A stretch of 64,000 nt of DNA, from NCBI GenBank assembly GCA_963837455.1, contig CAWINM010000001.1, forward strand, positions 2,312,202 to 2,376,201, read 5' to 3'. The notes beneath the pieces were generated by a model. It had not been told where the DNA came from and did no database searches. It saw only the letters and a program-made list of their open reading frames with translations. The stretch is from Thermoanaerobaculia bacterium. Lineage in GTDB: Bacteria > Acidobacteriota > Thermoanaerobaculia > Multivoradales > JAIOJS01. This document shows, piece by piece, positions 1 through 9,896 of the stretch; position 1 is the first letter of the stretch; each line of letters begins with the position of its first letter. A program made the translations under genes and the position numbers.

Positions 1-988
1 GGAGCGGCTCCCCGGGCTGACCGGGTTGCCGGCCGTGACGCAGTTCGCGGGTGGCGCCTCCAACTGGACCTACCTGCTGCACTATGCCGGCGTCGACCTC
101 GTGCTGCGGCGCCCGCCGGCGGGGACCAAAGCGCGCTCGGCGCACGACGTGGGCCGCGAGCTCCGCATCCAGTCTGCCCTCGCACCCGCTTACCCCTACG
201 TGCCGGCGATGGTCGGGCTGTGCGAGGACGAGACCCTGATCGGGGCGCCCTTCTACGTCATGTGGCGGATCTCGGGGCCGATCCCGCGGCGCCAGCTGCC
301 CGCCGGTTTCGAGTGGACGCCGCCGCGCACCCGTGCGCTCTGCGCCGCGGTCGTCGACCGGCTCGTCGAGCTCCACGCCGTCGACGTCCCGGCGACCGGC
401 CTCGCCGCTCTGGGCAAGGGCGCCGGCTACCCGCGTCGCCAGGTCGACGGTTGGTCGCAGCGGTACGAGCAGGCACGCACCTGGAACGTGCCGACCTTCC
501 GGGGCGTACGCGACTGGCTCGTCGAGCACACTCCCGCCGACGCCGGCCAGTGCCTCATCCACAACGACTACCGCCTCGACAACCTGGTGCTCGACCCGGC
601 CGACCCGACGCGCATCGTCGGCGTGCTCGACTGGGAGATGGCGACCGTCGGGGACCCGCTCATGGACCTCGGGGCCGCGCTCGCCTACTGGGTCGAGGCC
701 GGCGACGACTGGCTCGCCCGCCGCGTGCGGCGGCAGCCCACCCACCTGCCGGGGATGATGCGTCGCGCCGAGGTCGTCGAGCGCTACCTCGGCGCCACCG
801 GGAGACGGGCCGGCGACTGGACGTTCTACGAGGTGTATGGCCTCTTCCGCGTCGCGGTGATCGCGCAGCAGATCTACTTCCGCTACCACCACGGCCAGAC
901 CCGCAACCCGGCCTTCCGCCACTTCTGGGTGCTGGTGCGCTACTTCCACTGGCGCTGCCGGCGGGCGATGGCGCAGGCGCGCGGCTGA
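1..988 (+). CDS. Phosphotransferase-family protein (APH/choline-kinase fold), 5' partial
   Basis: ORF 26..988 has no upstream in-frame stop, so it continues off the window. It has the glycine-rich F.GG.SNWTY motif, the catalytic HNDYRLDNLVLD motif and the VLDWE motif. Confidence 0.7.
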   Translation, partial: ERLPGLTGLPAVTQFAGGASNWTYLLHYAGVDLVLRRPPAGTKARSAHDVGRELRIQSALAPAYPYVPAMVGLCEDETLIGAPFYVMWRISGPIPRRQLPAGFEWTPPRTRALCAAVVDRLVELHAVDVPATGLAALGKGAGYPRRQVDGWSQRYEQARTWNVPTFRGVRDWLVEHTPADAGQCLIHNDYRLDNLVLDPADPTRIVGVLDWEMATVGDPLMDLGAALAYWVEAGDDWLARRVRRQPTHLPGMMRRAEVVERYLGATGRRAGDWTFYEVYGLFRVAVIAQQIYFRYHHGQTRNPAFRHFWVLVRYFHWRCRRAMAQARG

Positions 989-1011
989 GTCGGCGCCCAA
1001 CGCGACGGCGG

Positions 1012-1578
1012 TCAGCGCTCGGCGGCGCCGCTGCGGCTCGGCGCCGCCGCCGCCAGCGGGGCCCACTCCTCCTTGACGATGGCGAACAGGTAGTTGTCCA
1101 CCCACTTGCCGTCGAGTTGGAAGTAGCCGCGGAGGGTGCCCTCGCGACGGAAGCCAAGGCGCTCGAGCACCTTCTGCGAGGCGATGTTGGCGAGCGCGGT
1201 GCGCGCCTCGAGCCGGTGCAGGCGGGTGCGGGCGAAGAGGTCCGAGATCAGCCGGCTGAGGGCGCGCTGCATCAGGCCACGACGCTGGAACGGCGTCGAC
1301 AGGGAGTATCCGCACTCGGCGAGCCCATGCTCCCAGCTGTGGATGACGAGAGTGATCCACCCCGCCGGCTGCCGGTGGACGAGGACGATCCAGTCGAAGC
1401 GGTCGCCGCGGCTGCGCCAGAGATCCTCGGCGTGGCGCGAGGCGAGCTCGGTGCGCAGCTGCGAGGTCGAGAGCGGCGCCAGCGGCTGGTAGCGGCGCAC
1501 CGACTTTTCGGCGCGCCACAGATGCAGGAGAGCGGCGTCCTCCACTCGCGCCGGCCGCAGCTCGATCTCGGCGCTCAT
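1012..1578 (-). CDS. GNAT-family N-acetyltransferase (RimJ/RimL-like)
   Basis: 189 aa starting MSAEIELRPARVEDAALLHLW, with the C-terminal acetyl-CoA binding motif ALANIASQKVLERLGFRREGTL. The long N-terminal extension of ORF 1012..2601 is the GT2 gene read in another frame. Confidence 0.8.
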   Translation of the reverse strand: MSAEIELRPARVEDAALLHLWRAEKSVRRYQPLAPLSTSQLRTELASRHAEDLWRSRGDRFDWIVLVHRQPAGWITLVIHSWEHGLAECGYSLSTPFQRRGLMQRALSRLISDLFARTRLHRLEARTALANIASQKVLERLGFRREGTLRGYFQLDGKWVDNYLFAIVKEEWAPLAAAAPSRSGAAER

Positions 1579-3189
1579 GCTTCCACTGCGAGCGCCCGCT
1601 CCGTGCGCGGCGCCGGGCGATCGGCGGGCCGCAGGGCGAGCAGGAAGAGGTAGCCGTAGCCCTGCAGGAAGAGGTAGAGAAACGGCAGTGAGAGCCACAT
1701 TCCGAGCGCGATGGCAGTGAGGCAGCAGGCGGCGAAGTAGGCGGCGAGGGCGCCCTCGATCCAGAAGGAGAGGCGGCGCCCGCGGCCGTAGCCCGAGCTG
1801 GCGCGCGGGGAGTGCCTCGCGGCGGCGGCCGGTGTCGCCGCGGCCGGGCTTTCCGCATCGCGGTTGCTCGGCAGTGCCGATATGGACGGGGTCCAGTGAA
1901 AGGCTCCGGTGTTCCTCTCGAAACCGTACTTCGGCGTGCGGTGGAAGGTGCCGCCGCGACGCAGCGCGCCGGCGACCACCGCGGCGCTGTTGGTCACCGA
2001 GAGCCCGATGCCGGTCGCCATCAGTGCGGGCAGCAGGCGCAGGCGAGCGCGCCAGGGCTCCCCCACCGCCACCTGGCTGGCGACGTAGAAGAGCAGCACC
2101 GAGCCGGTGGCGACGCCGAAGAGCGGCAGGTCGAAGGCGAGCAGCTGCTGCCAGCCGCTGCCGCGCCGCAGCAGCATGGCGGGGAAGATGAGCGCGGCGA
2201 GAAGCGCCATCAAGGGATAGGAGAGGTTGGCAGTGAGGTGCACGAAGGCCTCGGCGCGCACCCGCCAGGGCAGTGGGGCGGCGAGCAGACGCGGGAGCAG
2301 CTTGCGCGCGGTCTGGATCGAGCCCTTCGCCCAGCGGTGCTGCTGCGCTCTTGAAGTCGGCGATGTCGGCGGGCAGCTCGGCCGGCACCACCACGTCGGG
2401 GAGGAAGACGAAGCGCCAGCCGGCGAGCTGGGCGCGGTAGGAGAGGTCGAGGTCCTCGGTCAGCGTGTCGGCCTGCCAGCCGCCGGCGTCGTCGATGGCC
2501 GGCGCGCCGCCAGACGCCGGCGGTGCCGTTGAAGTTGAAGAAGCACGCCCGACGCGGTGGCGGGCGGTGTGCTCGATGACGAAGTGGCCGTCGAGCAGCA
2601 TCGCCTGCGCGCGGGTGAGCCAGCGAGTCCTCCGCGGTTGAGGTGCCCCCAGCGGGCCTGGACCATGCCGACGCCGGCGGGTCGGCGAACCAGGGCACGA
2701 GGCGGCGCAGGAAGTCGGGCTCGGGCACGAAGTCGGCGTCGAAGACGGCGATCAGCTCGCCGCGGGCGCGACGCGAGGCCGGCGGCGAGCGCGCCCGCCT
2801 TGAAGCCGTCGCCGCTCGCAGCGGCGGAGCATGGTGGATGTCGAGCCCGTCGCGGCGCAGCTCGGCGCGACCGCGCGGCCACGATGGCGCTGGTCGTCGT
2901 CGGTCGAGTCGTCGAGCACCTGCACCTCGAGGCGATCGCGCGGATAGTCGAGCGCCGCGACGGCGCGCATCAGGCGTTCGGCGACGTAGCGCTCGTTGTA
3001 GAGCGGCAGCTGCACCGTCACCCGCGGCCAGGCGGCATCGTCGGGTGCCGGCGGCGGCTGCAGCGGCCGCCGCCGCGTCGACCACCAGTCGGCGAGCAGC
3101 ACCAGACGGTGGCACCCGTAGAAGGCCAGCACCAGCAGCACCCCGTAGTAGGTCGCGAGCACCAGCCGTGCCGGCGTCAGCAAACCCAC
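1575..3189 (-). pseudogene. GT2 glycosyltransferase (cellulose-synthase-like, polyprenyl-phosphate sugar synthase type) with at least 3 frameshifts
   Basis: The GT2 motifs are split over three reading frames. QLPLYNE and LDDSTDD are in ORF 2752..3189, FDADF and FNFNGTAGVWRR in ORF 2210..3493, DLSYRAQLAGWRF in ORF 1012..2601 and the C-terminal TM segment in ORF 1575..2261. The end overlaps the GNAT start by 4 nt. Confidence 0.65.
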
Positions 3190-3247
3190 GGCAGCCCCTT
3201 CGCGCTCGCTTCGGCGTCGTCGTGCCCCTGCTCGGCGAGGTGACCGC

Positions 3248-4583
3248 GATGGCGCTGCTCGCCCTCGCGGGCGACCCGGCGCGGCGACCGCGGCTCACTC
3301 TCGGGCTGCTCGCCGCCGCCTGCCTCTGCCTGGCGGCGCTGGTGCGCGGCGCGGCGCGCTCGCCGCTCTCCGCGGGCGCCGTTCTCGGCGCTGCCGCCCT
3401 CCTGCGCCTGCTGATGCTGCCGCTGCCGCCCGCCCTCTCCACCGACGTCTGGCGATACCTGTGGGACGGCCGCCTGGCGATGCACCACCGCAACCCGTAC
3501 CTGCTTCGCCCCGACGACCCGGCGCTGGCCGGGCAGCGCGACGCGCTCTGGCAACGCCTCGAGCACCGTGACGTGCCGACCGTCTATCCGCCGCTGGCGA
3601 TGGCGCTCTTCGTGCTCCCTGCCGGGCTGGCGCCGCGCGCGGGGATGGTCGCCTGGAAGCTTCTCGTTGCCCTCGTCGACCTCGGGAGTTGCGCGCTGCT
3701 GCTGCGGCTCGCCGACGAGGCGGGCTGGCCCCGCCAGCGGGTGCTCTGGTACGCCGCCCATCCATTGGTGGCGCTCGAGGTCGCCGGGATGGGGCACCTC
3801 GAGCCGATGGGCGTGACGGCGTCGGTGCTGGTGGCGCTGTGGCTGCGCCGCGGGCGGGCGAGCGGCGCCGGGGCCGCAGCGGCCGCGGCCGGGCTCGCCA
3901 AGCTCATCCCCTTCGCGGCGGTCCCGATGTGGGCTCGGCAGGCGCGAGGATTCGCCTCGAGGGAAAGGCGCGCCGACGGCGCCGGCGCCTTCCTGCTGAC
4001 CGCCGTCGGGCTGTCGGCGCTGGCGCTGTGGCCGGTGGCTACCACCGCCGGCAGCATCCCGCCCGGTCTTGCCACCTACGCCCTGCGATGGGAGTTCGGC
4101 GGTCCGCTGCACGAGCCCCTCTGGCGGCTGCTGGCGGCGGCCCGCGCCCCGGAGGCCCTCAAGCACGGGCTGGATCTTATGAAAGAGCGCGTGGGAATGC
4201 ATGCGCTGTGGAACCGCATCTACCCCTGGGCCTACCCGCAGCTGCTGTCGCGACTGCTGCTCGCCGCGGGCGCGGCGGCGCTGGTGGCGCGCTCCTGCCT
4301 GTCGCGGCACCGGCGCTGGAGCGACCCGGTGACGGGCGGCGCCGCACTGTTCGGCGGGCTGCTGTTGTGCTCGCCCACGGTGTATCCCTGGTACCTGCTG
4401 TGGGTGCTGCCCTGGGCAGCGCTCACCGCGCGTGCGCCCTGGCTGCTGGCGGCGGCCCTGGCGCCGCTGCTCTACGTGCCGGCGCTCGTCGGCGTGCCGC
4501 TGTGGCCGTGGATCCACCTGGCGGTGTGGGCGCCGCCGCTGGCGCTGTGGGTGGTGGAACGGTGGCGACGGCCCCCGAGCTGA
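3248..4583 (+). CDS. DUF2029 / GT87-like polytopic membrane glycosyltransferase (polyprenyl-P-sugar dependent mannosyltransferase family)
   Basis: ATG at 3248 (MALLALAG...). The protein is multi-TM and carries [17 protein letters not shown] and [10 protein letters not shown] motifs. The upstream part of ORF 2643..4583 is low-complexity Arg/Ala antisense to the GT2 gene. Confidence 0.6.
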
Positions 4584-5332
4584 GCTGGCGGCTCACCATC
4601 TCCTACCGCGGCGAGCGCTACGGCGGCTGGCAGCGGCAGGAGAACGCGCTGACCGTGCAGCAGGTGATCGAGGAGGCACTCGCCAGCGTGCTCGGCGCAG
4701 CGGTGCGAGTGACGGGCGCCAGCCGCACCGACGCCGGCGTGCACGCCCGCGGCCAGGTGGCGTCGCTGCGCGCCGCCGCCGCGGCCGGCGCGCTCGTCCA
4801 CGGCACCAACGCCCACCTGCCCGAAGACGTCCGCGTGCTGGCGGCGGAGGTGACGCCGCCGGGCTTTCACGCCCGCAAGCACGCGTGGGCGAAGGAGTAC
4901 CGCTACCACCTGCGGCGCGTCGCCGTCCTGTCGCCGCTCGACGCCCCCTTCGCGCTGCGCGTCGACGCCGGCCTCGACGTCGCCGCCATGGCCGCGGCGA
5001 CGGCGCTTCTCGTCGGTCGTCACGACTTCACCGCCTTCGCCAAGAGCGGTGGCAGCGCCCGGGATCCCCACCGCCGGCTCGACCTCGCCGAGTGGCTCGA
5101 GGAAGGGGACGCGCTCACCTTCCGGGTCGTCGGCGAGGGGTTCCTGCGCGGCATGGTGCGGGCCCTCGTCGGCACGCTCCTGGAGGTGGGGCGCGGGCGG
5201 CGGACGCCGGCCTCCTTCGGCGCCCTCCTCGCAGGGCGAACGCGTGGAGAGGCAGGGCCGAACGCGCCCGCGCACGGCCTCGTGCTCGAGCATGTCGGCT
5301 ACCCGCCGCAGTGGTCGCCGCCGGTGCCGTGA
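4562..5332 (+). CDS. truA: tRNA pseudouridine(38-40) synthase
   Basis: GTG at 4562, then RLTISYRGERYGGWQRQ, the RTDAGVHA catalytic-Asp motif and FLRGMVR. The stop is at 5330-5332. Confidence 0.85.
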   Translation: MATAPELSWRLTISYRGERYGGWQRQENALTVQQVIEEALASVLGAAVRVTGASRTDAGVHARGQVASLRAAAAAGALVHGTNAHLPEDVRVLAAEVTPPGFHARKHAWAKEYRYHLRRVAVLSPLDAPFALRVDAGLDVAAMAAATALLVGRHDFTAFAKSGGSARDPHRRLDLAEWLEEGDALTFRVVGEGFLRGMVRALVGTLLEVGRGRRTPASFGALLAGRTRGEAGPNAPAHGLVLEHVGYPPQWSPPVP

Positions 5333-5368
5333 GGCCTCCGTGAGGCAGGCCTGAGGCCACTCTGAGGC
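5330..5368. repeat. Four copies of TGAGGC at exactly 11-bp spacing (5330, 5341, 5352, 5363) in the truA-uppS intergenic region
   Basis: Read directly as tgaggcctccg tgaggcaggcc tgaggccactc tgaggcgggcc. The first copy contains the truA stop codon. Confidence 0.6.
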
Positions 5369-5414
5369 GGGCCGGAAGGGCGCGGGGACTGTGGTACCTT
5401 AACGGGTTGACGCC

Positions 5415-6218
5415 ATGCCGGATCTCGCCCGTCTCGCCGCCGCCGGTTCCCCGGAAGAGCTCCTCGTCAGACGCCTGGACCTGGCGCGGCTGCCACGCCA
5501 CGTCGCCATCATCATGGACGGCAACGGTCGCTGGGCGAAGGCTCGCAGCCTGCCTCGCGTCGAAGGGCACCGCGCCGGCGTGCAGGCCGTCCAGGACACC
5601 GTCGAGGCCGCCGGCCAGCTCGAGCTACAGGCGCTCACCCTCTATGCCTTTTCGGTGGAGAACTGGAAGCGTCCCCGCTACGAGGTGTGGACGCTGATGA
5701 ACTTGCTGAAGGACTACATCAGGCAGGAGCTCGACACACTGGTGGGCAACGACGTGCACCTCGAGGTGGTGGGGCGCTGGCGCGAGCTCGACGCCTCGGT
5801 GGTGACGGCGCTCGAGCGGGCGATCGCCGCCACGTCCCACTGCCGGGGGATGCGCCTCAACATCGCCCTCAACTACTCGGGGCGCTGCGAGATCGTCGAC
5901 GCCTGCCGGCGCATCGTCGCCGACTGGGCGGCGGGGAAGCGGGCGGACATCGACGAGGAGACCCTCGGTCGCTACCTCTACACCGCCGGGCTGCCCGACC
6001 CCGACCTGCTGGTACGTACCTCGGGGGAGATGCGAGTCTCCAACTTCCTGCTCTGGCAGATCGCCTACAGCGAGATCTGGGTGACCAATACCCTGTGGCC
6101 GGACTTCCGCCGGCGCGAGCTGTTCGAGGCGATCCTCGACTTCCAGCGCCGGGAGCGGCGCTACGGTGGCGTCTCTCCCGACGAGGCGGTGCTTGCCCCG
6201 CAGGCGCAGCATCGCTGA
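5415..6218 (+). CDS. uppS: Undecaprenyl-diphosphate synthase (isoprenyl transferase)
   Basis: Motifs HVAIIMDGNGRWA, LTLYAFSVENWKRP and VRTSGEMRVSNFLLWQ. Confidence 0.9.
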   Translation: MPDLARLAAAGSPEELLVRRLDLARLPRHVAIIMDGNGRWAKARSLPRVEGHRAGVQAVQDTVEAAGQLELQALTLYAFSVENWKRPRYEVWTLMNLLKDYIRQELDTLVGNDVHLEVVGRWRELDASVVTALERAIAATSHCRGMRLNIALNYSGRCEIVDACRRIVADWAAGKRADIDEETLGRYLYTAGLPDPDLLVRTSGEMRVSNFLLWQIAYSEIWVTNTLWPDFRRRELFEAILDFQRRERRYGGVSPDEAVLAPQAQHR

Positions 6219-6323
6219 GCGCTGCTGCGGAGGATTCGGTGTCGGCGCCGGCGAGAGGCGCGCCGGCGCCACGCTGCGCGGCCGGCTCTGCGGCGCGGCG
6301 GCGTCGCGGTGGAGGGGGGCGCG

Positions 6324-7151
6324 ATGAGACGGCTGCTGACCGCGGCGGTGGCGGTGCCGCTGGCCTTGCTGGCCACCTTCGGGTTGCCCAACTGGGCCTT
6401 CTTCGTCGTCATGCTGCTGGTCTTCGTCCCCTGCAGCGTCGAGTACGTGCAGCTGCTCAGACCGCAGGCGCCGCACGCCCCCCTGTGGGTCGTGCCGTTC
6501 GCCGTGCCGCCGGTCTCCATCGCTTTGCTCTGGGCGATGACGGCCCACGACCGCGTGCCGCCGGCCGATGCCTGGGTGATCGCCTGCACGCTGCTCGCCA
6601 CCGTCGGCGTCGGGACATTCCTCTTGCTGGGGCGCACCCCACCCGCCGAGGCCGCGACGGCGCTGGGGGTGGTCGGTTTCGGGATCCCCTTCTTTGCCAT
6701 GCCGCCCGCCGTGGCGGCAGTGATGCAGCGGCTCGACCCCTGGCTGCTCTTCCTGCTCTACGCCATCGTCTGGTTGGGGGACACGGCCGCCTACTACCTG
6801 GGGTCCGCGTGGGGTCGCCACAAGATGGCCCCGGTGGTGTCGCCCAACAAGAGCTGGGAGGGGGCCATCGCCGGATTCGTCACCGGCATCGTGGCCACCG
6901 TGGTGTGGAGCTGGTGGCGCCTCGGCGAGGTGCGCCTGCCGCTGCTCGTGGTGGCCGCAGTCACCGCCCTCGCCGCCCAGGTGGGCGACCTCTTCGAGTC
7001 GCTGCTCAAGCGCGGCGTCCACGTCAAGGACTCCGGGCACTGGGTGCCCGGGCACGGCGGCTTCTTCGACCGCATGGACGCCATGCTCTTTGCCGGACCT
7101 GTGATGCTCGGCGGGCTGTGGCTGATCGCGCACGAGGGGTGGGGGCCGTGA
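6324..7151 (+). CDS. cdsA: Phosphatidate cytidylyltransferase
   Basis: ATG at 6324 is preceded by the RBS GGAGGGGGG. The protein is multi-TM with the CTP-transferase signature SPNKSWEGAIAG...GHGGFFDRMD. Confidence 0.85.
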   Translation: MRRLLTAAVAVPLALLATFGLPNWAFFVVMLLVFVPCSVEYVQLLRPQAPHAPLWVVPFAVPPVSIALLWAMTAHDRVPPADAWVIACTLLATVGVGTFLLLGRTPPAEAATALGVVGFGIPFFAMPPAVAAVMQRLDPWLLFLLYAIVWLGDTAAYYLGSAWGRHKMAPVVSPNKSWEGAIAGFVTGIVATVVWSWWRLGEVRLPLLVVAAVTALAAQVGDLFESLLKRGVHVKDSGHWVPGHGGFFDRMDAMLFAGPVMLGGLWLIAHEGWGP

Positions 7152-7167
7152 CGTCCGCGCCGCACTC

Positions 7168-8325
7168 ATGAGCCTCGGCATCGCCGTGCTCGGCGCCACG
7201 GGCTCGGTGGGCAGCAGTGTGCTGCGAGTGGTCCGGCAGCACCGCGAGCGGCTGCGGGTGGTGGCGCTCGCCGCCTACGGCAGCGACCCTGGCAAGCTGC
7301 TGCGGCTGGTCGAGGAGCTGCGCCCGCGGCTGGTCGGCGTGGCCGACGCCACCGCCGCTCGCGAGGTGGCTCGCCTGGCCCCCGCCGGCGTGGAGGTGGT
7401 CCCGGGGGAGGAGGGGCTGCGGGCCGTGGCCACCCACCCGGACGCGGTGCGAGTGGTGGCGGCGATGGTGGGTGCGGCGGGGCTGCGCCCGGCGTGGGCA
7501 GCCGTCGATGCAGGCAAGGACGTCGCCCTCGCCAACAAGGAGTGCCTGGTGGTCGCCGGCCGGCTGCTCACCGCCCTCGCCGCCGCTCGCGGCGTTCACC
7601 TGCTGCCGGTGGACAGCGAGCACGCGGCGCTTCACCAGGCGCTGCGCGGGGGCCGCGCGGAGGAGGTGGAGCGTCTCGTGCTCACCGCCTCCGGCGGCCC
7701 GTTCTGGCAGCGCGAGGCTGCTACCTTCGACGCCATCGCGCCTGCCGAGGCGCTCGCCCACCCGACGTGGAGGATGGGAGCCAAGATCTCCGTCGACTCG
7801 GCGACGTTGATGAACAAGGGGCTCGAGCTGATCGAGGCGAGCCACCTCTTCGCGGTGCCCGCGGACCGCATCGAGGTGGTGGTGCACCCGCGTTCGCTGG
7901 TGCACTCCCTGGTCGAGTTCCGCGACGGCACCTGGCTCGCGCAGCTGTCGGCAAACGACATGGTCTTCCCGGTGCAGTACGCCCTCTCCTGGCCCGAGCG
8001 CTGGAGCAACGAGTTCCCCCGCCTGACCCCCGCGGAGCTCGGCAACCTGGAGTTCTTCCCGCTCGACGAGGCGAAGTTCCCTACCGTCGCCATGGCGCGG
8101 CGAGCGCTCGCCGCCGGCGACAGCGCGCCGGCAGTGCTCAACGGCGCCAACGAGGCTGCCGTGGGGGCCTTCCTCGCCGGCCGGGTGCCCTTCCCGGCCA
8201 TCGCCGGCACCGTCGCGACGGTGCTCGCCGAGCACGTCGCGCAATCGCTCTCCACCCTCGACGACGCCCTGGGCTGGGACGACTGGGGACGGAGGCGTGC
8301 CGGCGAGCTCGTGGGCGGGAGCTGA
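7168..8325 (+). CDS. dxr: 1-deoxy-D-xylulose 5-phosphate reductoisomerase
   Basis: Motifs GATGSVGSS, ANKE, LPVDSEH and NKGLELIEA. Confidence 0.9.
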   Translation: MSLGIAVLGATGSVGSSVLRVVRQHRERLRVVALAAYGSDPGKLLRLVEELRPRLVGVADATAAREVARLAPAGVEVVPGEEGLRAVATHPDAVRVVAAMVGAAGLRPAWAAVDAGKDVALANKECLVVAGRLLTALAAARGVHLLPVDSEHAALHQALRGGRAEEVERLVLTASGGPFWQREAATFDAIAPAEALAHPTWRMGAKISVDSATLMNKGLELIEASHLFAVPADRIEVVVHPRSLVHSLVEFRDGTWLAQLSANDMVFPVQYALSWPERWSNEFPRLTPAELGNLEFFPLDEAKFPTVAMARRALAAGDSAPAVLNGANEAAVGAFLAGRVPFPAIAGTVATVLAEHVAQSLSTLDDALGWDDWGRRRAGELVGGS

Positions 8326-8459
8326 TACTCTGGCCGGCCGGGAAGAAGCCCCGCGTGGGGCGAGGTTCTAGTGGCGGCAGCCTTGCCAACTCCGGAACGC
8401 CGGCTCCGTCCCTTGCCGACGATCCCCCTGCGAACGACCCTCCTGGCCAGCGAGAACCC

Positions 8460-9827
8460 GTGAGCATCAGCGACATCCCCCCGTTTCTCCTCGTCCTCGG
8501 CGTCATCATCTTCGTCCACGAAGGCGGCCACTTCCTGATGGCCAAGGCCTTCGACTTCAAGGTGCTCACCTTCTCGCTGGGCTTTGGGCCCAAGATCGTG
8601 TCGCTCCAGCGCGGCGAGACGGAGTACCGGATCGCCTGGCTGCCGCTCGGCGGCTACGTGCGGCTGGGAGGAGAGACCCCCGAGGAGGCCACCGGCGACC
8701 CTCGCGACTTCCAGAGCAAGCCGCGCTGGCAGCGCATCCTGGTCTACCTCGCGGGGCCGACCATGAATGTCGCGCTCGCCATCGCCCTGGTGGCGGTGGT
8801 GCTCATGCTCGGCTTCCCCGTCCCCTTCCTCAACGAGACGCCGCCGGTGGTGGGAGCCGTCGATGCCGGCTCGCCGGCGGCGACCGCGGGGCTGCAGTCC
8901 GGGGACGACGTGATCGAGGTCAACGCCCACCCGGTGCACGACTGGGAGCCGGTGGCGATGGCGATTCTCGAGTCGCCCGGCCGTCCGGTGGCGCTCACCG
9001 TCGAGCGCGGCGGCAAGCGCCTCCATCTCACGGTGGTGCCCAAGCTGATCCCCCAGTACGACATCGGTGACGCCGGCGTGTACGCCAAGGTCTTGCCTCA
9101 TGTGTCGTCGGTCAATGCCGGCAGCCCGGCGCAGGCAGCCGGCTTTCACGAGGAGGACGAGCTGCGCGCCGTCGACGGACGCAAGCTCGCCACCGAATCG
9201 GAGATCGTTCACTACATCGAGACCCACTCCGGCCGCCGGATCGTGGTGACGGTGCGCCGGGGCGAGCGGCTCGTCGACCTCGCCGTCGTGCCGAGCGGCG
9301 AGGCGGGCGTCGGCCGCATCGGCGTCATCCTGACGACGGCCGTGAAGCTGCCTCCGTGGCCGGCGTTGCGCGCCAGCGCGCGCTACAACTGGGACGTCGC
9401 GAGCCAGACCGTCCAGCTGGTGGGCAAGCTGCTGCGGCGGGAGATGAAGCCGCAAAACGCGCTGCACGGCCCACTGGAGATCGGCAAGCTCTCCGGCGAG
9501 GCGGCGCGACTGGGGTTCCCCTTCCTCCTCCACCTGATGGCGCTGGTGTCGATCAGCATCGCCATCCTCAACCTGCTGCCGGTGCCGGTGCTCGACGGCG
9601 GGCAGATCTTCGTCCTGCTCGTGGAGTCGGGGATCCGCCGCGACCTCTCGCTGCGTCTCAAGGAGGCGATCAACATGGTGGGGCTCGCCTTCATCGTGCT
9701 GCTGATGGTGACGGTGATCTTCTTCGACGCGCGCCGCGCCTGGTTCTCTGGCAAGCAGGAGCCGGCCGCGACGCCATCGCCCTCGCCGGCGGCAGCGGCT
9801 GCACCGGCCCCCAGCACCGGGCGATGA
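8460..9827 (+). CDS. rseP: RIP metalloprotease RseP (site-2 protease, M50 family)
   Basis: GTG at 8460. HEGGH zinc motif in TM1, a PDZ domain (AGLQSGDDVIEVN) and the LNLLPVPVLDGG motif. An alternative GTG start is at 8355. Confidence 0.85.
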   Translation: MSISDIPPFLLVLGVIIFVHEGGHFLMAKAFDFKVLTFSLGFGPKIVSLQRGETEYRIAWLPLGGYVRLGGETPEEATGDPRDFQSKPRWQRILVYLAGPTMNVALAIALVAVVLMLGFPVPFLNETPPVVGAVDAGSPAATAGLQSGDDVIEVNAHPVHDWEPVAMAILESPGRPVALTVERGGKRLHLTVVPKLIPQYDIGDAGVYAKVLPHVSSVNAGSPAQAAGFHEEDELRAVDGRKLATESEIVHYIETHSGRRIVVTVRRGERLVDLAVVPSGEAGVGRIGVILTTAVKLPPWPALRASARYNWDVASQTVQLVGKLLRREMKPQNALHGPLEIGKLSGEAARLGFPFLLHLMALVSISIAILNLLPVPVLDGGQIFVLLVESGIRRDLSLRLKEAINMVGLAFIVLLMVTVIFFDARRAWFSGKQEPAATPSPSPAAAAAPAPSTGR

Positions 9828-9832
9828 CGGCA

Positions 9833-9852
9833 CCGGTGCGCCAGCGCACCGG
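9833..9852 (+). terminator. Stem-loop ccggtgcg-ccag-cgcaccgg immediately after the rseP stop
   Basis: Perfect 8-bp inverted repeat with a 4-nt loop, 6 nt after the rseP stop at 9825-9827. There is no U-tract, which is common in high-GC genomes. Confidence 0.4.
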
Positions 9853-9896
9853 CGGCTAGGCCGTCTTCCTCACCCCGCGAGGCGATCGCCCCACAC

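Noticed and set aside
2643-3247. N-terminal 200-aa extension of the DUF2029 ORF, and similarly the 54774-56078 extension of the ArnT-like ORF
   Set aside because: The extensions are Arg/Ala/Pro low-complexity and overlap convergent real genes. A sensible ATG, with the TM region beginning right after it, lies downstream.
5330-5368. CRISPR array or tandem-repeat (VNTR) locus
   Set aside because: Only four 6-bp motifs sit in 11-bp units with no spacer-like structure. No longer direct-repeat and spacer arrays were seen anywhere in the window.
5625-7199. 524-aa ORF on the minus strand overlapping uppS and cdsA
   Set aside because: It is antisense to two well-supported conserved genes. Its translation is an Arg/Gly/Pro-rich low-complexity product typical of stop-poor frames in about 70% GC DNA.
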